Positions 1 to 12,888 of a stretch of 64,000 nucleotides of DNA are shown here, piece after piece. Each line of letters starts with the position of its first letter. Within the stretch, counting starts at the first letter, position 1. Under the pieces are notes generated by a model that saw only the letters and a list, made by a program, of their open reading frames with translations, ran no database searches and had not been told where the DNA came from. Both the position numbers and the translations under genes were made by a program. Origin of the DNA: Mobula hypostoma (taxonomy: Eukaryota); the NCBI RefSeq assembly GCF_963921235.1, contig NC_086097.1:91824001-91888000 (forward strand), in the 5' to 3' direction.

Positions 1-1020
1 AACAGCAACCAGTCTTCAGAGCTGAATATGGATTGTAGATTAAATTTTTCATGCATCTCAGAACAATGGCCTTCCTGGAGCTGCATTTTGGGTTTCATTG
101 CAGACCAAGAAACACCCCATTGACCTGAGATACCTGCATATGCACAAATAAAGCTCAGAGACAGTGGTGATTAACATTCATTGTGGGTATGCTGGTGTGA
201 AGACCTGGGTGTCTGAAAACTATATGCAACTCAAAGGAAGCATTTTGAATGCATTACAACTATAAAAATTGTCTTGTTGTCACCTTTGTTTTCTAACATC
301 TAAAAGTGTGATGCAATATTGGGTCAGGGAGCCTCTGTCCAGTGTGCCTCCAAATACTTTTAGCTTGTGTGTGCCAAATAAAGACTTTTATACTACCAGC
401 AGTATGTCTCTCTAGTGGCTTTTGTTGACAGTCATAACAATTACAGACACTAGAATTAAGGACACCCATAGTTACAAAGAAGTTTACATATTATTATTAA
501 ATTCAAAGTCTGACATATGTACCCATGTTTATTCCTGTGAACAGCAGAACGCGTTTCATCTCTCTCCCCTTTAAGCAATTGCTCTTCCTTCTCAGTCTTT
601 TGTGTTTTTGATACCATTCCTTACAATACTGTAGAAACATGATTATGATAGAGAAACTGTGTAAAATCAATGGACAGGAAAGGTTTAAATGGATATGAAA
701 CAAATGCAAGCAAATGGGATGAGCTTTAGATGGGCATATTTACAGCAGGACCAGTTTGGCTCAAGGGCCTGTTTTTGTGCTGTATGACAATACTCAGAAT
801 GTAACACTTCCAAGTAGGTGATGAGTTTGAGGCAAATTGCATAGATGAATTTAGGAAAACAGCTTTCTAGATGAGATTAGATTAAGGCTGGGAAGATGCT
901 TCTATATACTATAAACACCACTGTAGACGTTGGGCCAAAAGTTGCGATTTCTGATTGAGGTAACTTCAAATATCAATGAAACAGTTTACACCATTTGAAC
1001 TTTTAACTGTGCATCCTGGG

Positions 1021-1420
1021 ACAATAGACAATAGGTGCAGGAGTAGGCCATTCAGCCCTTCGAGCCAGCACCACCATTCACTGTGATCATGGCTGATCAT
1101 CCACAATCCGTACCCTTTTCTTGCCTTCTCCCCATATTCCCTCACTCCACTATCTCTGAGAGCTCTATCTAACTCTTTTTTGAAAGAATCCAGAGAATTG
1201 GCCTCCACTGCCTTCTGAGGCAGAGCATTCCAGAGAACCACAACCCTCTGTGTGAAAAAGTTTTCCTCAACTCCGTTCTAAATTGTCTACCCCTTATTCT
1301 TACACTGTGGCCTCTGGTTCTGGACTCCCCCAACATCGGGAACATGTTTCCTGCCTCTAGCATGTCCAATCCCTTAATAATTTTATATGTTTCAATTAGA
1401 TCCCCTCTCATCCCTCTAAA
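1021..1420 (-). mobile_element. CR1 LINE 3' fragment
   Basis: Encodes RGDLIETYKIIKGLD...SRTRGHS, the CR1 ORF2 C-terminus; the 3' UTR ends in a short (CTATTGT)n-type tail. Confidence 0.9.
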
Positions 1421-1483
1421 AGGAGGTATCATGCAAAATTAAATTGCAACTAACTCCACTAAATATAACATCACTATGAACTA

Positions 1484-1625
1484 TAAACATGAGAAAGTCT
1501 GCAGATGCTGGAAATCCAAAGCAACGCACATAAAATGCTGGAGGAACTCAGCAGGTCAGACAGCATCTATTGAAATGAATAAACAGTCAGTCAACATTTG
1601 GGGCCAAGACTCTTCTTCAAGACTA
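1484..1625 (-). mobile_element. Penelope-like terminal fragment with degenerate hammerhead
   Basis: ctgcagatgctggaaatcc...ggaggaactcagcagg terminus, shared with the GIY-YIG-bearing copy at 21894-22777. Confidence 0.75.
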
Positions 1626-1949
1626 TATTTGTGTTGCAGCACAACTCTTATAAAATCTGGAAAAGTTTATGTTGGTTTGTGTAAAGAATTATTACAAGTC
1701 ATCTCCAACCCAGAGTGAGAGAATAACATAAAGCAAAATTTAAAAGCAAATTTTAAGGCTAGGTTTTATCCTCCAATTTTGTGGAAGATAATAGAATTTT
1801 GATCATGAAGAAGTTTCCTTTCTGCTTTGTCACAAATGGCTATTCAAAATATTTCATGTACAAGTCCAATGCTTAAAAACACAATTGAAGAACATGCAAG
1901 GCTAGTTACTACCCAATGTTAATTCAGTTTGTCGATGAAGACACTGGAC

Positions 1950-2185
1950 ATTTATCCGGGGGAGACGTCGACTCAGACCATGAGAGGTCTGTGTCGGGGA
2001 TTTTCATGCCTTACAAGGCGCAGATTGGAAGTCTGTGTGGGGCGCCACTCCTCGCACAGACTAGAGCAATGTGTGATTAAGTGCCTTGCTCAAGGGCACA
2101 AACACGCTGCCACAGCTGAGGCTCGAACTAGCAACCTTCAGATCACCAGAGGAACGCCTTAACCACTTGGCCACATGCCCAACAC
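1950..2185 (-). mobile_element. tRNA-derived SINE with CORE-like domain
   Basis: On the minus strand: A box TGGCCAAGTGG, B box AGTTCGAGCC, then gtgcccttgagcaaggcacttaatcac (CORE-like). Confidence 0.7.
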
Positions 2186-2306
2186 AAAGATGAGAACTCT
2201 TATCACAAATGAATGTATTTGGGAGTTATAATCTGTGCCACCTCATCTTCAACCCACCTCCACCCCCTCAAAAATAATGCAAAAACATTAACCAGGTTAT
2301 TTAATA

Positions 2307-2440
2307 GGTCCTGAAGAAGAGTCTTGGCCGGAAATGTTGACTGTTTACTCTTTGATAGATGCTGTCTGGCCTGCTGAGTTCCTCTCGCATTTTGTGTGTG
2401 TTGCTCTGGATTTCCAGTATCTGCAGATTTTTTTTTGTTT
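2307..2440 (+). mobile_element. Penelope-like terminal fragment with degenerate hammerhead
   Basis: gtcCTGAAGA...GAAATGTTgactg followed by gatgctgtctggcctgctgagttcc...atctgcaga. Confidence 0.75.
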
Positions 2441-3488
2441 GAGATCATCCAGGTTGCTGTTCCTCAGCTGATCTCCACAAACCAAAACAAGCAACCCAAA
2501 ACTAATCCACTACTCATCTCTTCAATACTCGCCAGTCATTCCCCAACCGTAATAATACTCCACTAGAAGTATTTATACCCAAGAGTAACAATGGTCTCTG
2601 CTTCATCCACTTACGGTTGCAAAACATTCCAAATTTCAACAAACTCCTGTTTCTTTCCAAACCATACAAATCAAGGTCATTATAGAGCTTAGTGCATAGA
2701 ACGGATTTGATTCGTATATAGAAGAGCTTTTCAACTTGTAGGTATGATCCAACTTCCAATATTAGGCTGCCCTAGTGACATAAGTGCCAGCATTTCATCA
2801 CAGTACATAACATGTATTGGAGCGGCTCTTACAACCACATTTTGTCAACAGTTAAGAATTGATACATTGGACTTATTAGCAAGATAGTCATTAAATAACT
2901 ATACTGTCAAAGGTCTCACAAGAACAAGAGCGCTCAATACCATGGAGATGTCTGTGAAATATTATTCCCACAATAAGATATTCAAGGAGAAAATCCAATC
3001 AAAATAGCGCCGGCGTACAATGCTCCCACGGTCGACATCTGGATGGATCATGAAATTAACTTCACTTCTTTTATGTCTTTTACACCTGTTTTTCATCTTG
3101 TATATGTTGGAACTGTTGAAGCCTGTGATTTACAGTTTGGAGAACATTTGGGTGATCCAGCACTTTGCTGTCTCAGAGGATTTTGGGAGGAGGAGAGCCT
3201 CATAGCGAGGAAGTTGCAGAGGCGCAGGCTGATGTTTGAGTCCATATCGCTGAGCATAACTTCCTTTGTTCACTGATTAAATCGACGAGCAAGATTGAAT
3301 CATCGAAGCAAATGCAGAAGTAAATGCTGACTGCCTGCTTTCTGATCGCTGGTAGGATCGCTCTGTTGACAGAGAGGGAAGCCCACATGGCCTGTTGCTG
3401 AGCCTGGAAAATGTTACCAAGGCTTTCTGCATTTCAGATATGGATATGGACTTCGGATTTTTCCCAGTCTTATACTCTTTTTATATGC

Positions 3489-4089
3489 AAACAACAGGAA
3501 TTCTGCAGATGCTGGAAATTCAAGCAACACACATCAAAGTTGCTGGTGAACGCAGCAGGCCAGGCAGCATCTGTAGGAAGAGGTGCAGTCGACGTTTCAG
3601 GCCGAGACCCTTCGTCAGGACTAACTGAAGGAAGAGTGAGTAAGGGATTTGAAAGTTGGAAGGGGAGGGGGAGATCCAAAATGATAGGAGAAGACAGGAG
3701 GGGGAGGGATAGAGCCAAGAGCTGGACAGGTGATAGGCAAAAGGGGATACGAGCGGATCATGGGACAGGAGGTCCGGGAAGAAAGACGGGGTGGGGGGGG
3801 ACCCAGAGGATGGGCAAGAGGTATATACAGAGGGACAGAGGGAGAAAAAGGAGAGTGAGAGAAAGAATGTGTGCATAAAAACAAGTAACAGATGGGGTAC
3901 GAGGGGGAGGTGGGGCCTTAACGGAAGTTAGAGAAGTCGATGTTCATGCCATCAGGTTGGAGGCTACCCAGACGGAATATAAGGTGTTGTTCCTTCAACC
4001 TGAGTGTGGCTTCATCTTTACAGTAGAGGAGGCCGTGGATAGACGTGTCAGAATGGGAATGGGATGTGGTTCATCTTTACAGTAGAGGA
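3489..4089 (-). mobile_element. Penelope-like element 3' portion (GIY-YIG C-terminus, terminus, intact hammerhead core)
   Basis: Minus strand encodes SHSHSDTSIHGLLYCKDEATLRLKEQHLIFRLGSLQPDGMNIDFSNFR*, followed by a pyrimidine-rich UTR, the hammerhead and the terminal tail. Confidence 0.9.
3587..3622 (-). ncRNA. Minimal type I hammerhead ribozyme motif (Penelope)
   Basis: AGUC-CUGACGA-A-GGG UCUCGG CCU-GAAAC-GUC/GACU. Core intact; stem I AGUC:GACU; palindromic ACGU helix III. Confidence 0.8.
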
Positions 4090-4719
4090 TATTCTGTGTT
4101 TTCACCTGCTCTCTCTTGTTTTTTTGAGTGGGGTGGTGGATTTTGGGGTTAATGCTCTTGTGGTGTTTTTTTTAAAAAAGTTTCTTCGTGTGAGGAGAGG
4201 GGTATTGGTGGGAGCCGATGTTCCTGTTGCATTTTTGTTCATTTCTTGCAGGGAGAGGGGTACTTGGGGCTGATGGTCTTGTTGTGTTCCATGTGGAGAA
4301 GGGGGCTTGAGGGTTGAGATTGTGCTGCCATTTTTTTTTACTTGATTTCATAGCTATCGGGAGAAGGAAAATCTCAGAGTTGCATTCTTCGATAATCAAT
4401 GAACCTTTGAATCTTTGAAATGAAAAAAAAACTGGGTGGAAATTGACAAATATAAACATGATACTCTATTCCTTTACTGTTTTTAAGATAGGAAAGTTTT
4501 GGGGATATATCAGCATTAAGCACACCCTGGTAAAGTTGCAAAATTCAAGATTGATCACAAACCTTTTACCATTCCAGATATTTAAAAAATGGATGCTTTA
4601 CACAGCCATGCCCATTAGGCGCTGAACTGAATCATCCCTAATTTCAAAGACTTCCATCCCCTATGTGGGAGTAGAGCTCAATCTGGGGTCCCCAGGACTG
4701 AAAGGTCAATGAGTAACCC

Positions 4720-5230
4720 TAGCAGTAGTTACAATGTGTGTAACAAGCTCATCCACTCTAAGTATAAACATGTGCATTCAGAGATACTCTTCTGTACACC
4801 ACTGTTTTAATGTATGGTTATTTGAGTTACTGTTGCCTTCCTGCCAAGCTTGAACCAGTCTGGCCAATCTCCTCTGACCTCTCTCATTAACAAGGTATTT
4901 TCACCCACAGAACTGCCACTCACTGAATGTGTTTTTTTAAGATTTTTCGCAACATTTTCTTTAAGCTCTAGAGACTATTGTGCATGAAAATCCCAGGCGA
5001 TCAGCAGTTTCTGAGATACGAAACTACCCCACCTGGCACCAACAATCATTCCACTGTCAAAGTCACTTAATTACATTTACTCCCCATTCTGATGCTTGGT
5101 CTGAACAACCGAACCTCTTGACCATGTCTGTATACTTTTATGCATTGAATTGCTGCAAAATGATTGGCTGCTGAGATATTTGCATCAATGAGCAGGTGTA
5201 CAGGTGTACCTATAAAGTGGCCACTGAGTG
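4720..5230 (-). mobile_element. Tc1-like DNA transposon 5' fragment
   Basis: Terminus TA|CACTCAGTGGCCACTTTATAGGTACACC. Decayed transposase DNA-binding segment LVNERGQRRLARLVQA..RKATVTQIT...SGVQKSISECT. Confidence 0.8.
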
Positions 5231-5762
5231 TATATGTACTTTCAATTATAAATTTTAATTTGATCTGAGGCACCAAAGTGCAGTACAGATGCAGTAGTTA
5301 CATTACTGATGCAGAGATCTGGATGCTGGCCTTTGGACTCAGAAGGAGTCTTCAAATAATGTTTATATCGGAATTGGTTGAGAAAACATAGAACAAAAAT
5401 ACCAGCAGCAGTAAAAGTAACTTTAATGTTGTTAAGCATGATAACCAGAATGAATCAACAAATCAAAATTAATGGTTCAGGACACTAATCTTTTGCAATA
5501 AAATATTAACTTTTACTCATGTCCCTCAGTCCAAAACTTCAAATATTCTTTGCTTTTATTTCAGATTTCCAACACCTAAAATACCTTACTTTAGTGTAAG
5601 ATCTTAAATATCCTCCATAGCAGTCTAGCAAACCATTAGGTCATGACGATAAAGAGACGGCAATAAATACTAACTTAACTAGAAAAGCCTACATCTTGAA
5701 AATGGCAAAAAGGAAAAGATAAAGAATTCAAAACCTGATAGCTCAGGTCTCAAAGATCGATT

Positions 5763-5811
5763 AGATAGATAGATAGATAGATAGATAGAATGAATGAATA
5801 TATATATATAT
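5763..5811. repeat. (GATA)n / (GAAT)n / (TA)n microsatellite
   Basis: Directly visible tandem units. Confidence 0.9.
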
Positions 5812-5914
5812 CTGATGAGCTTTTTACTGCATACATGGTGACAGTTCAATTCATGAAGATCTCCTGAAATCCAACATTAAGAACGAATACCAAAAGCAAT
5901 GACGTCTCAGCAAA

Positions 5915-7525
5915 GTCAAGCTTGTTCAAATTTCATAGAAAATTTATTATCAAAGTACATATATGTCATCATATACAACTGTAAGATTTGTTTTCTTGTA
6001 GGCATAATCAGTAAATCCAAGATTCCCAATGGAACCAATGAAAAATGCACCCAACACAGCAGACAACAACCAATGGGCAAAAGACGACAAACCGCAAATA
6101 TGAAAAAGATCACAAAATAATAAATAAATAAGCAATAAATATCCAGATCATGAGATGAAGAGTCCTTGGAAGTGACCCTACAGGTTGTGGGAACAATTCA
6201 GTGATGGGCAAGTGAAGTTAGTTGAATGAATTTATCCCCACCGGTCCGAGAGCCTGATGGCAGAAAGGTAATCACTATTCCTGAATCTGGTGTGTGAGTT
6301 CTGATGCTTTGTACCCTCTTCCTGATGACAGCAGTGAGAAGAACATAGTGATGGGGGTCCCTAATGATAGGAGAGCTCTATCCGTGATGGACTGTGCCAT
6401 ATCCACTACTTTTTGTTATATTTTCCATTCAAGGGCATTGGGGTTTCCATGCCAGGTCGGGATGCAACCAGTCAATATATTCTCCACCATTGTCACCTGC
6501 ACAAATATGTGTATGCACAGCTGCAAGGAAAAACCTACTTGTAGCAACAGCATGGGCACATAGCATCGGATACACAACATTCACAAGAAAAACAAATTGT
6601 ACACAACTAGACAAACAAGTCTATTGTAGTGCAAAGCTATCATCGTGTTAATATACTGAGGATTGATTAGGGTTGTGTAGGTTGGTTCAAGAAGCAAATC
6701 ATTAAAGGGAAATTGTTGCTTTTGAACTTGCTGGTGTGGACCTTCTGCCTTCTGTACCTCCCATCCAATGGTGAATGCAAGAAGACAGCACGGCTTGAAT
6801 AGTACAGACCTTCAATGATAGATGTTGCCTTTCTGACGTGGCACTCCATATAGATGCTTTTGATGGTGAAGAGAGATGTACCCATGATTTATTATGCTGA
6901 ATTCACTAGGGTCTGCAGCTTATGTTCCTGTGCATTCAAATTATCATACCAGACCATAATACAACCACTCAACAGTACATCCGTAAAACTTTGTTGGAGT
7001 ATTTAATGTCGTGCCAAGCCTTCCTAATCTCCTAATTAAGTAAAGATGCTGGCAGCCCTTCCTTATGATTGCATCTATGTGCGAGGCCCAGGACAGGTCA
7101 TCCAACAATATCAACATACAGGAATTTAAAGCTGCTGACCACTTCCATCGATAATCCACAATGTTCACCCTTCTCCCTCTTGCAGAATTCTTTAGTTTTA
7201 AACAAGGCTGAGCGAGAGGTAGTAGTTGTGTCACTCGAGCAGATGTCATACCTCACTCCTGTAATGCTGCCTCATCACCTCCTTTGATTCATCCAACAAT
7301 GGTGTCATCAGCAAATTTGTATATGGCAATGGATCTGCACTTAGCCACACAGACATATGTAGAGAGGGAGTAAAGCTGACAGTTTATCCCCCTCCATAGA
7401 TGCTGCCAGACCTGCTGAGTTCCTCCAGCATTTTGAGTGTGTTGCAGGAAACTACGCATACAGCCTTGAAGTACATGCATTGATTATCTGTGAGGAGGAA
7501 ATGTTGTTACAAATCATCCAGGAAA
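5915..7525 (-). mobile_element. Decayed, nested Rex1/Babar-type LINE fragments
   Basis: IYKFADDTIVG and DDLSWASHIDAIIRKGCQHLYLIRRLGRLG motifs; a small Penelope terminal piece is inserted at ~7375-7445. Confidence 0.75.
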
Positions 7526-8139
7526 GTTCTTAATGGTGGCAGTGTGTCAATCACCCTTTCTGCTTCTTCAATCTCTTTAATGTGTCTTTCTACTACTTCA
7601 GATAAAATATATTTAAATAAAAATACAGGTTAACCCAAGGCATTCAGATACAAAATGCAAATGATATTTCTACAATCCAAATCCTCACACAAGATGCTAC
7701 AACCCTGCAGAGCCTGTCTCCCAAACTCACTTACATGCATGAGCTGTCCACAAGTTCGGCACTGCAACCTGGGCTTAGTTTTCAGAGTAGGCAAATACAA
7801 GATCTACAAACGTATTTGCCAAGATCTTGCCTAATCATCTACACCATGAAATTTAATGTAGCTGTCGACACTGCTCATCATATCAACTACGTATCATTAA
7901 AATTGTCTGTATGCTCTATCCTATCGAATTTGTTTATAAATACAATACATATTATTCCTAACACAGAATACTGTGAGACACTTATCAATAACTGCCTATT
8001 TGTGCTGATGATGCCTACGTTGTCACTGCTCTATATCTCAACTAGATCAATAACTTGCCTTCCTACAATGATAAATACATGTTCTGCTCTTCATCAAGAT
8101 CATGACTGATTTGCTATCTCAGCAGCATTTCCTGTACTG

Positions 8140-10260
8140 TCCTTTGAATACCTTGACAAATTTCTGGATGTCAATCTGTTTTGAATGTGAATTCAGTTAC
8201 TGAGCCTCCACAGCCCTCCAGTGTCCATAATTTGAAAGCATTTCTCGATCTTATTTCTACATGCCATTAGCCTTACCTCTTTATTCTCAGACTAATCCTT
8301 AGTTCTTGACTCCTCAGCCGGGGATTCAGTATTCTCCCTACATTCAGCACATCAAGCTCTGAAAGATTCTGCGATTCAATTATTAAATCTTTTTCACAGG
8401 CCTAGTTTACTCAATCTCCCCTCCAGCAGCAAACTCCTGCCTAAAGGCAGTTTAGCAGGTCTTCATGGTACTCCCTCACACTACTTTAACTGAAACCAGA
8501 ACTATACACACTACTCAAGATGCAGTCACCAAGACTCCATATACAGTAATAAGAGCAGTAAGACATCTATAGTATTTTCCTGTGCTTGGATTCTTATAAC
8601 ATATCAATTGCCTCTAGAATCACTTGCTTGGCTTGTATATCAGTTTTCAGTGACTTGTGTAGAAGGGAAAGTTCCCTTTTAGCATCGGCATTACCCAATT
8701 TCTTACCTTTCTTAAAAAATTGCTCTGCCTTTGTTTTTGCAGTAGTGGATAACATCACATTTCTTTTTATATTATAAAGCATCTGCCACGTCCTTGTTCA
8801 TTCATTCAGCTTACTCAAATCTAACACTCTCACCTAATTTTGTTTTAGCTAACTTAAAGTATGGTATTTATTTCCATCAGCCAATTAGCTTATATAATGT
8901 ATAAATAGTGTCCATACATAGGAGTATGTAAGTTAACCAATTTCCCCGGGGATCAATAAGGTATGACTATGACTATGAGTACTCTAATAGCCACAGTCTG
9001 CAGTCTCAAAAAGATCCACTTATTCCGATCGTTAGCTTTTATCTGTCTACCATTTCTCAATCCACATGGGAATATTAACCTCAATGTACCCTAACTTCTT
9101 GACAATATTTCTGTCTGGGGCCTTATTTACAATTTCCCAAAAATCCAAATACAATACACCTCACAACACGGTGGATGAACTCAGCAGGTCGGGCAGTATC
9201 CTTGGAAACAATCAGTCAATGTTTCGGGCCAGAACCCTTCGTCAGGACTGTAGAGGGAAGGGGCAGAGGCCCTACAAAAAAGGTGGGGGGAGGGTGGGAA
9301 GGAGAAGGCCGGTAGGTTCCAGGTGAAAAACCAGTAAGAGGAAAGATAAAGGGGTGGGGGAGGGGAAGCAGGGAGGTAGTAGGCAGGAGAGGTGAAGAAG
9401 GAATAGGGGAAAACACAATGGGTAGTAGAAGGGGGCAGAACCATGAGGGAAGTGATAGGCAGCTGGGGGAGGGGGCACAGTGAAATAGCCTCCATGCTTC
9501 CCCTCTCCCACCCCTTTATCTTTCACCTTACTGGTTTTTCACCTGGAACCTACCAGCCTTATCCTTCCCACCCTCCCCCCACCTTCTCTATAGGTGGGCC
9601 TCTGCCCCTTCCCTCTTCAGTCCTGACGAAGGGTTTCGGCCCAAAACATTGACTGATCATTTCCACGGATGCTGCCCGACCTGCTGAGTTCTTCCAGCGT
9701 GTTGTGAGTATTGCTTTGACCCCAGCATCTGCAGATTATTTTGTGTTTACAATACACCTCTTGTTGCCCGTTATCTGCTCTTCCAGTCATATCCAACATT
9801 TCAATAGTCAAATATAATTTTCCTTTGACAATTTCATGCCAACTATTATTCTTCTCAAGGTACTTTGTTATTACAGCCTGCATTATGAATTCTGCTATTC
9901 TCCTTCAACTAAAATTGAACCACCAAGTTGGTAATTCCCAGTTTTACAACTGCTACACTCCAAGTTAAAGGGACAATTCCAAAATAGGATATTTCAGAGT
10001 CCACCCTCACTTTGGCCACCTCTTTCAAAACACTGAGATATAGATTATTGGATCCCTGGAACTGAAATTGCTTTCACTGACTTTTCTGATTGTTTTTAAA
10101 CAACAATTTCCTTCAGCTTCTCATTCTTACCATTCCTTGGTTCTCTAGCAGATTTTTTTTTTGTGTTGTTCTTCAAATGTAATTTCCTTGCCAATTCCTT
10201 ACTTGTTAAAAATTCTCATGCCTGTGTCTACTAGGGACACATTTGACTTTGCTGGTCTTT
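8140..10260 (-). mobile_element. Old, highly diverged CR1 LINE interrupted by a Penelope fold-back
   Basis: The ORF at 8594-8782 (KKLGNADAKRELSLLHKSLKTDIQAKQVI) is a decayed version of the CR1 segment LG.V..QRDLGV..H.SLK...QV. Confidence 0.6.
9163..9747. mobile_element. Penelope-derived inverted (fold-back) insertion with 13-bp target duplication
   Basis: Inverted arms at ~9163-9370 and ~9495-9706, each with a hammerhead remnant. Flanked by TACAATACACCTC at 9150-9162 and 9748-9760. Confidence 0.85.
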
Positions 10261-10389
10261 TCCTTTTCTATAATTAATGATATATTCAAATGATGCGATG
10301 GAGTACAGGAAGGAGGTAGAGTGCTTAGTAACATGGTGTCATGACAACATCCTTTCCCTCAATATCAACAAAACTAAACAACTTGTCAC

Positions 10390-11862
10390 AGGGTGGAGCT
10401 AAGATGGCGCCAGAGGGCGATTTCTTTGAGTTCAACTGCAAAGCAGCTTAAATTCTTCTCTTTAAGGTCTCTTTTCTTTCCTTTTCAAGGTGGGTGGTGT
10501 TCTGTCAGAGTTCGTGATCTATAGCTGCACTCAAACTGCGGTTCTTCATGGCTGATGAGTTCCTGCTCCCACAGCTCGACAGCCAGCCGTTTTCTGACAT
10601 CTCCAGGAGCAGCCTGGAAGATATGTGCCTTCAGGGTGTGGCTCTGTGGATGAATCGATTCCATGCCAGGAGAACAAAACATCATGATGGCAGGGGATAT
10701 TGGAGGGGATACTGGAGGGGATACATCTCCCCTACACCCCGCCCAATTCTCGAATTGGAGAAACTCAGAATAAAAGCGACACTGCGGATTGTAATATTGT
10801 AACAGTGAGCTGTTTCTGGCTCCCCTCTCACTATCGAAGGGGACAACACCACTCTGTCCCTTGTTGGTGACAGAGTGCGCCAGTGACATGTCGAACTGTT
10901 GGGTGAACAGTAGATTTTTCAGGACTGCAGATCATGGTCTCTCTTTAGGGGCTTTGCTATTGCTTGCTTGGGGGGCTGGTGGGTGCTAGGTGCTGTTACT
11001 TCCTACCGGAACAATTTGGAGGAGGGAGAGGAGGGAGGGATGATGCTTTACTGCTACTTGTGCATGGGGGGGAGGGGGGATTTGGGATTTTAACATAGAG
11101 AAAACACAGAAACATAGAAAACCTACAGCACAATACAGGCCCTTCAGCCCACAAAGTTGTGCCGAACATGTCCCTACCTGAGAAATTACTAGAGTTACCT
11201 ATAGCCCTCTGTTTTCCTAAGTTCCATGTATCTATCCAAAAATCTTTTAAAAGACCCTGTCGTATCCGCCTCCACCACCGTTGCTGGCAGCCCTTCCACG
11301 CACTCATCACTCTCTGAGTAAAAAAACTTACCCCTAACATCTCCTCTGTACCAACTCCCCAGCACCTTAAACCTGTATCCTCTTGTGGGAACCAGTTCAG
11401 CCCTGGGAAAAAGCCTCTGACTATCCACACGATCAATGCCTCTCATCATCTTATACACCTCTATCAGGTCAACCCTCATCCTCCGTCGCTCCAAAGAAAA
11501 AAGGCCAAGTTCACTCAACCTATTCTCATAAGGCATGCTCCCCAATACAGGCAACATCCTTGTAAATCTCCTCTGCACCCTTTCTATGGCTTCCACATCC
11601 TTCCTGCAGTGAGGCAACCAGAACTGAGCACAGTACTCCAGTGTGGTCTGACCAGGGTCTTATATAGCTGCAATATTACTTCTCGGCTCCTAAGTTCAAT
11701 TCCACGATTGATGAAGGCCAATACACTGTACGCCTTCTTAACGTTTTATCATCTTTCATTCTTTGGGGTCCTCTTCTGTTTCGTGAATTTCTGCGAAGAC
11801 TAAGAATTTCAGGTTGTATACTGTATACATCCTCTGATATTAAATGGAAGCATTGAATCATT
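10390..11862 (+). mobile_element. Non-autonomous repeat starting with AAGATGGCG, split by a CR1 insertion
   Basis: Starts ggagctAAGATGGCGcc and ends in a short tandem tail (attgaatcattga). A similarly built repeat at ~3000-4420 is split by the Penelope copy. Confidence 0.45.
11093..11740 (-). mobile_element. CR1 LINE 3' fragment
   Basis: PHCRKDVEAIERVQRRFTRMLP...RVDLIEVYKMMRGIDRVD, with a (TTCTATGT)n-type tail. Confidence 0.92.
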
Positions 11863-11954
11863 GACTTCAGAAACTGTTGTGGTACACATGCTACTATCAA
11901 CATCTACATGTTGAGGTTGAGAGCTTCAGGCTCCTAGGTGTGAATATTTACTTA

Positions 11955-12225
11955 CTTATTTGTTTAGTCTGGAATAGTCCCTTCCTGCCCTTTGAGCTGC
12001 ACTACCTAGTAACCTGAGAGGCCCGATTTAACAGTAACCTAATGGACAATGGACAATTTACCTGGATGGTTCATCTTTAGACTGTGGGAGGAAACTGGAA
12101 GACCTGGAGGAAACCCACATATTCCACAGGGAGGATATACAGTAACCCCTTGCAGAAGACACCAGGATTGAACTCTGAATTCCAACTGTAACAGCATCGT
12201 ACTAACCGCTATGTACCGTGGCTCC
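11955..12225 (-). mobile_element. HE1/V-SINE-like SINE
   Basis: Contains the V-domain-like tgtgggaggaaactggaagacctggaggaaacccac. Related copies at ~13750-13925 (-), ~14700-15010 (+) and ~60790-61312 (-). Confidence 0.7.
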
Positions 12226-12888
12226 CCATCATCAATTACCTGCCCTAGTCCAACCACGTTGATATCACAACCATGACAGCTCACAAATATCTCTCCTTCC
12301 TCAGGGGGCTAAAGAAATTTGGTATTCTTATTGATGCACCATAGAAAGCATTCTGCCTGAATGCTTAACAGTTTGATATGACAGCACTTCCACAGTGACC
12401 GCAAGAAACTGCAAAGAGTTGTAGATACAGCTCCGCACAACACAGGAACCACCTCCCCTCTATGGCCTCTGTCTATACTTCGCACTGCCTCAATAAAGCA
12501 ACCTACATAATCAAAGACCTCACCCTCCCTGGACATTCTCTCCTTTTACCCAATCCCATTTGACAGAAGATAGGAAAGCATGAAAGCACCTACCACCAGA
12601 CTCAAAGCCAGCTTTCTAACCCACTATTATCAGACTCTAGAACAGACTTTTTATACAATGAGATGGATTCTTGGCCTCACGATCTACCTAGTTATGATCT
12701 TTCTCTTTATCATCCACCTGCACTGTACTTTTTCAATAGCTTTTACACCTTATTCTGCATTTTACTGGTTTATCTTATTTTAGCTCAATGAACTGTGTAA
12801 TGATTTGATCTGTATAAACAGTATGAAAGATAAGCTTTTCACTGTATCATAGGACATGGTGACAATAATAAACCAATACCAAATACCA
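12225..12888 (+). mobile_element. Rex1/Babar-type LINE 3' fragment
   Basis: RKKLQRVVDTA.H.T.T...CLNKATYIIKD..PGHSL-like C-terminus; AATAAA plus (ccaata)n tail. Confidence 0.7.

Noticed and set aside
2110..2185. tRNA gene
   Set aside because: A and B boxes are present, but the sequence continues into a SINE body and lacks a complete cloverleaf.
8594..8782. Possible PACS2 exon (lysine/leucine-rich minus-strand ORF)
   Set aside because: It matches a decayed CR1 RT segment, not PACS2 exon 2.
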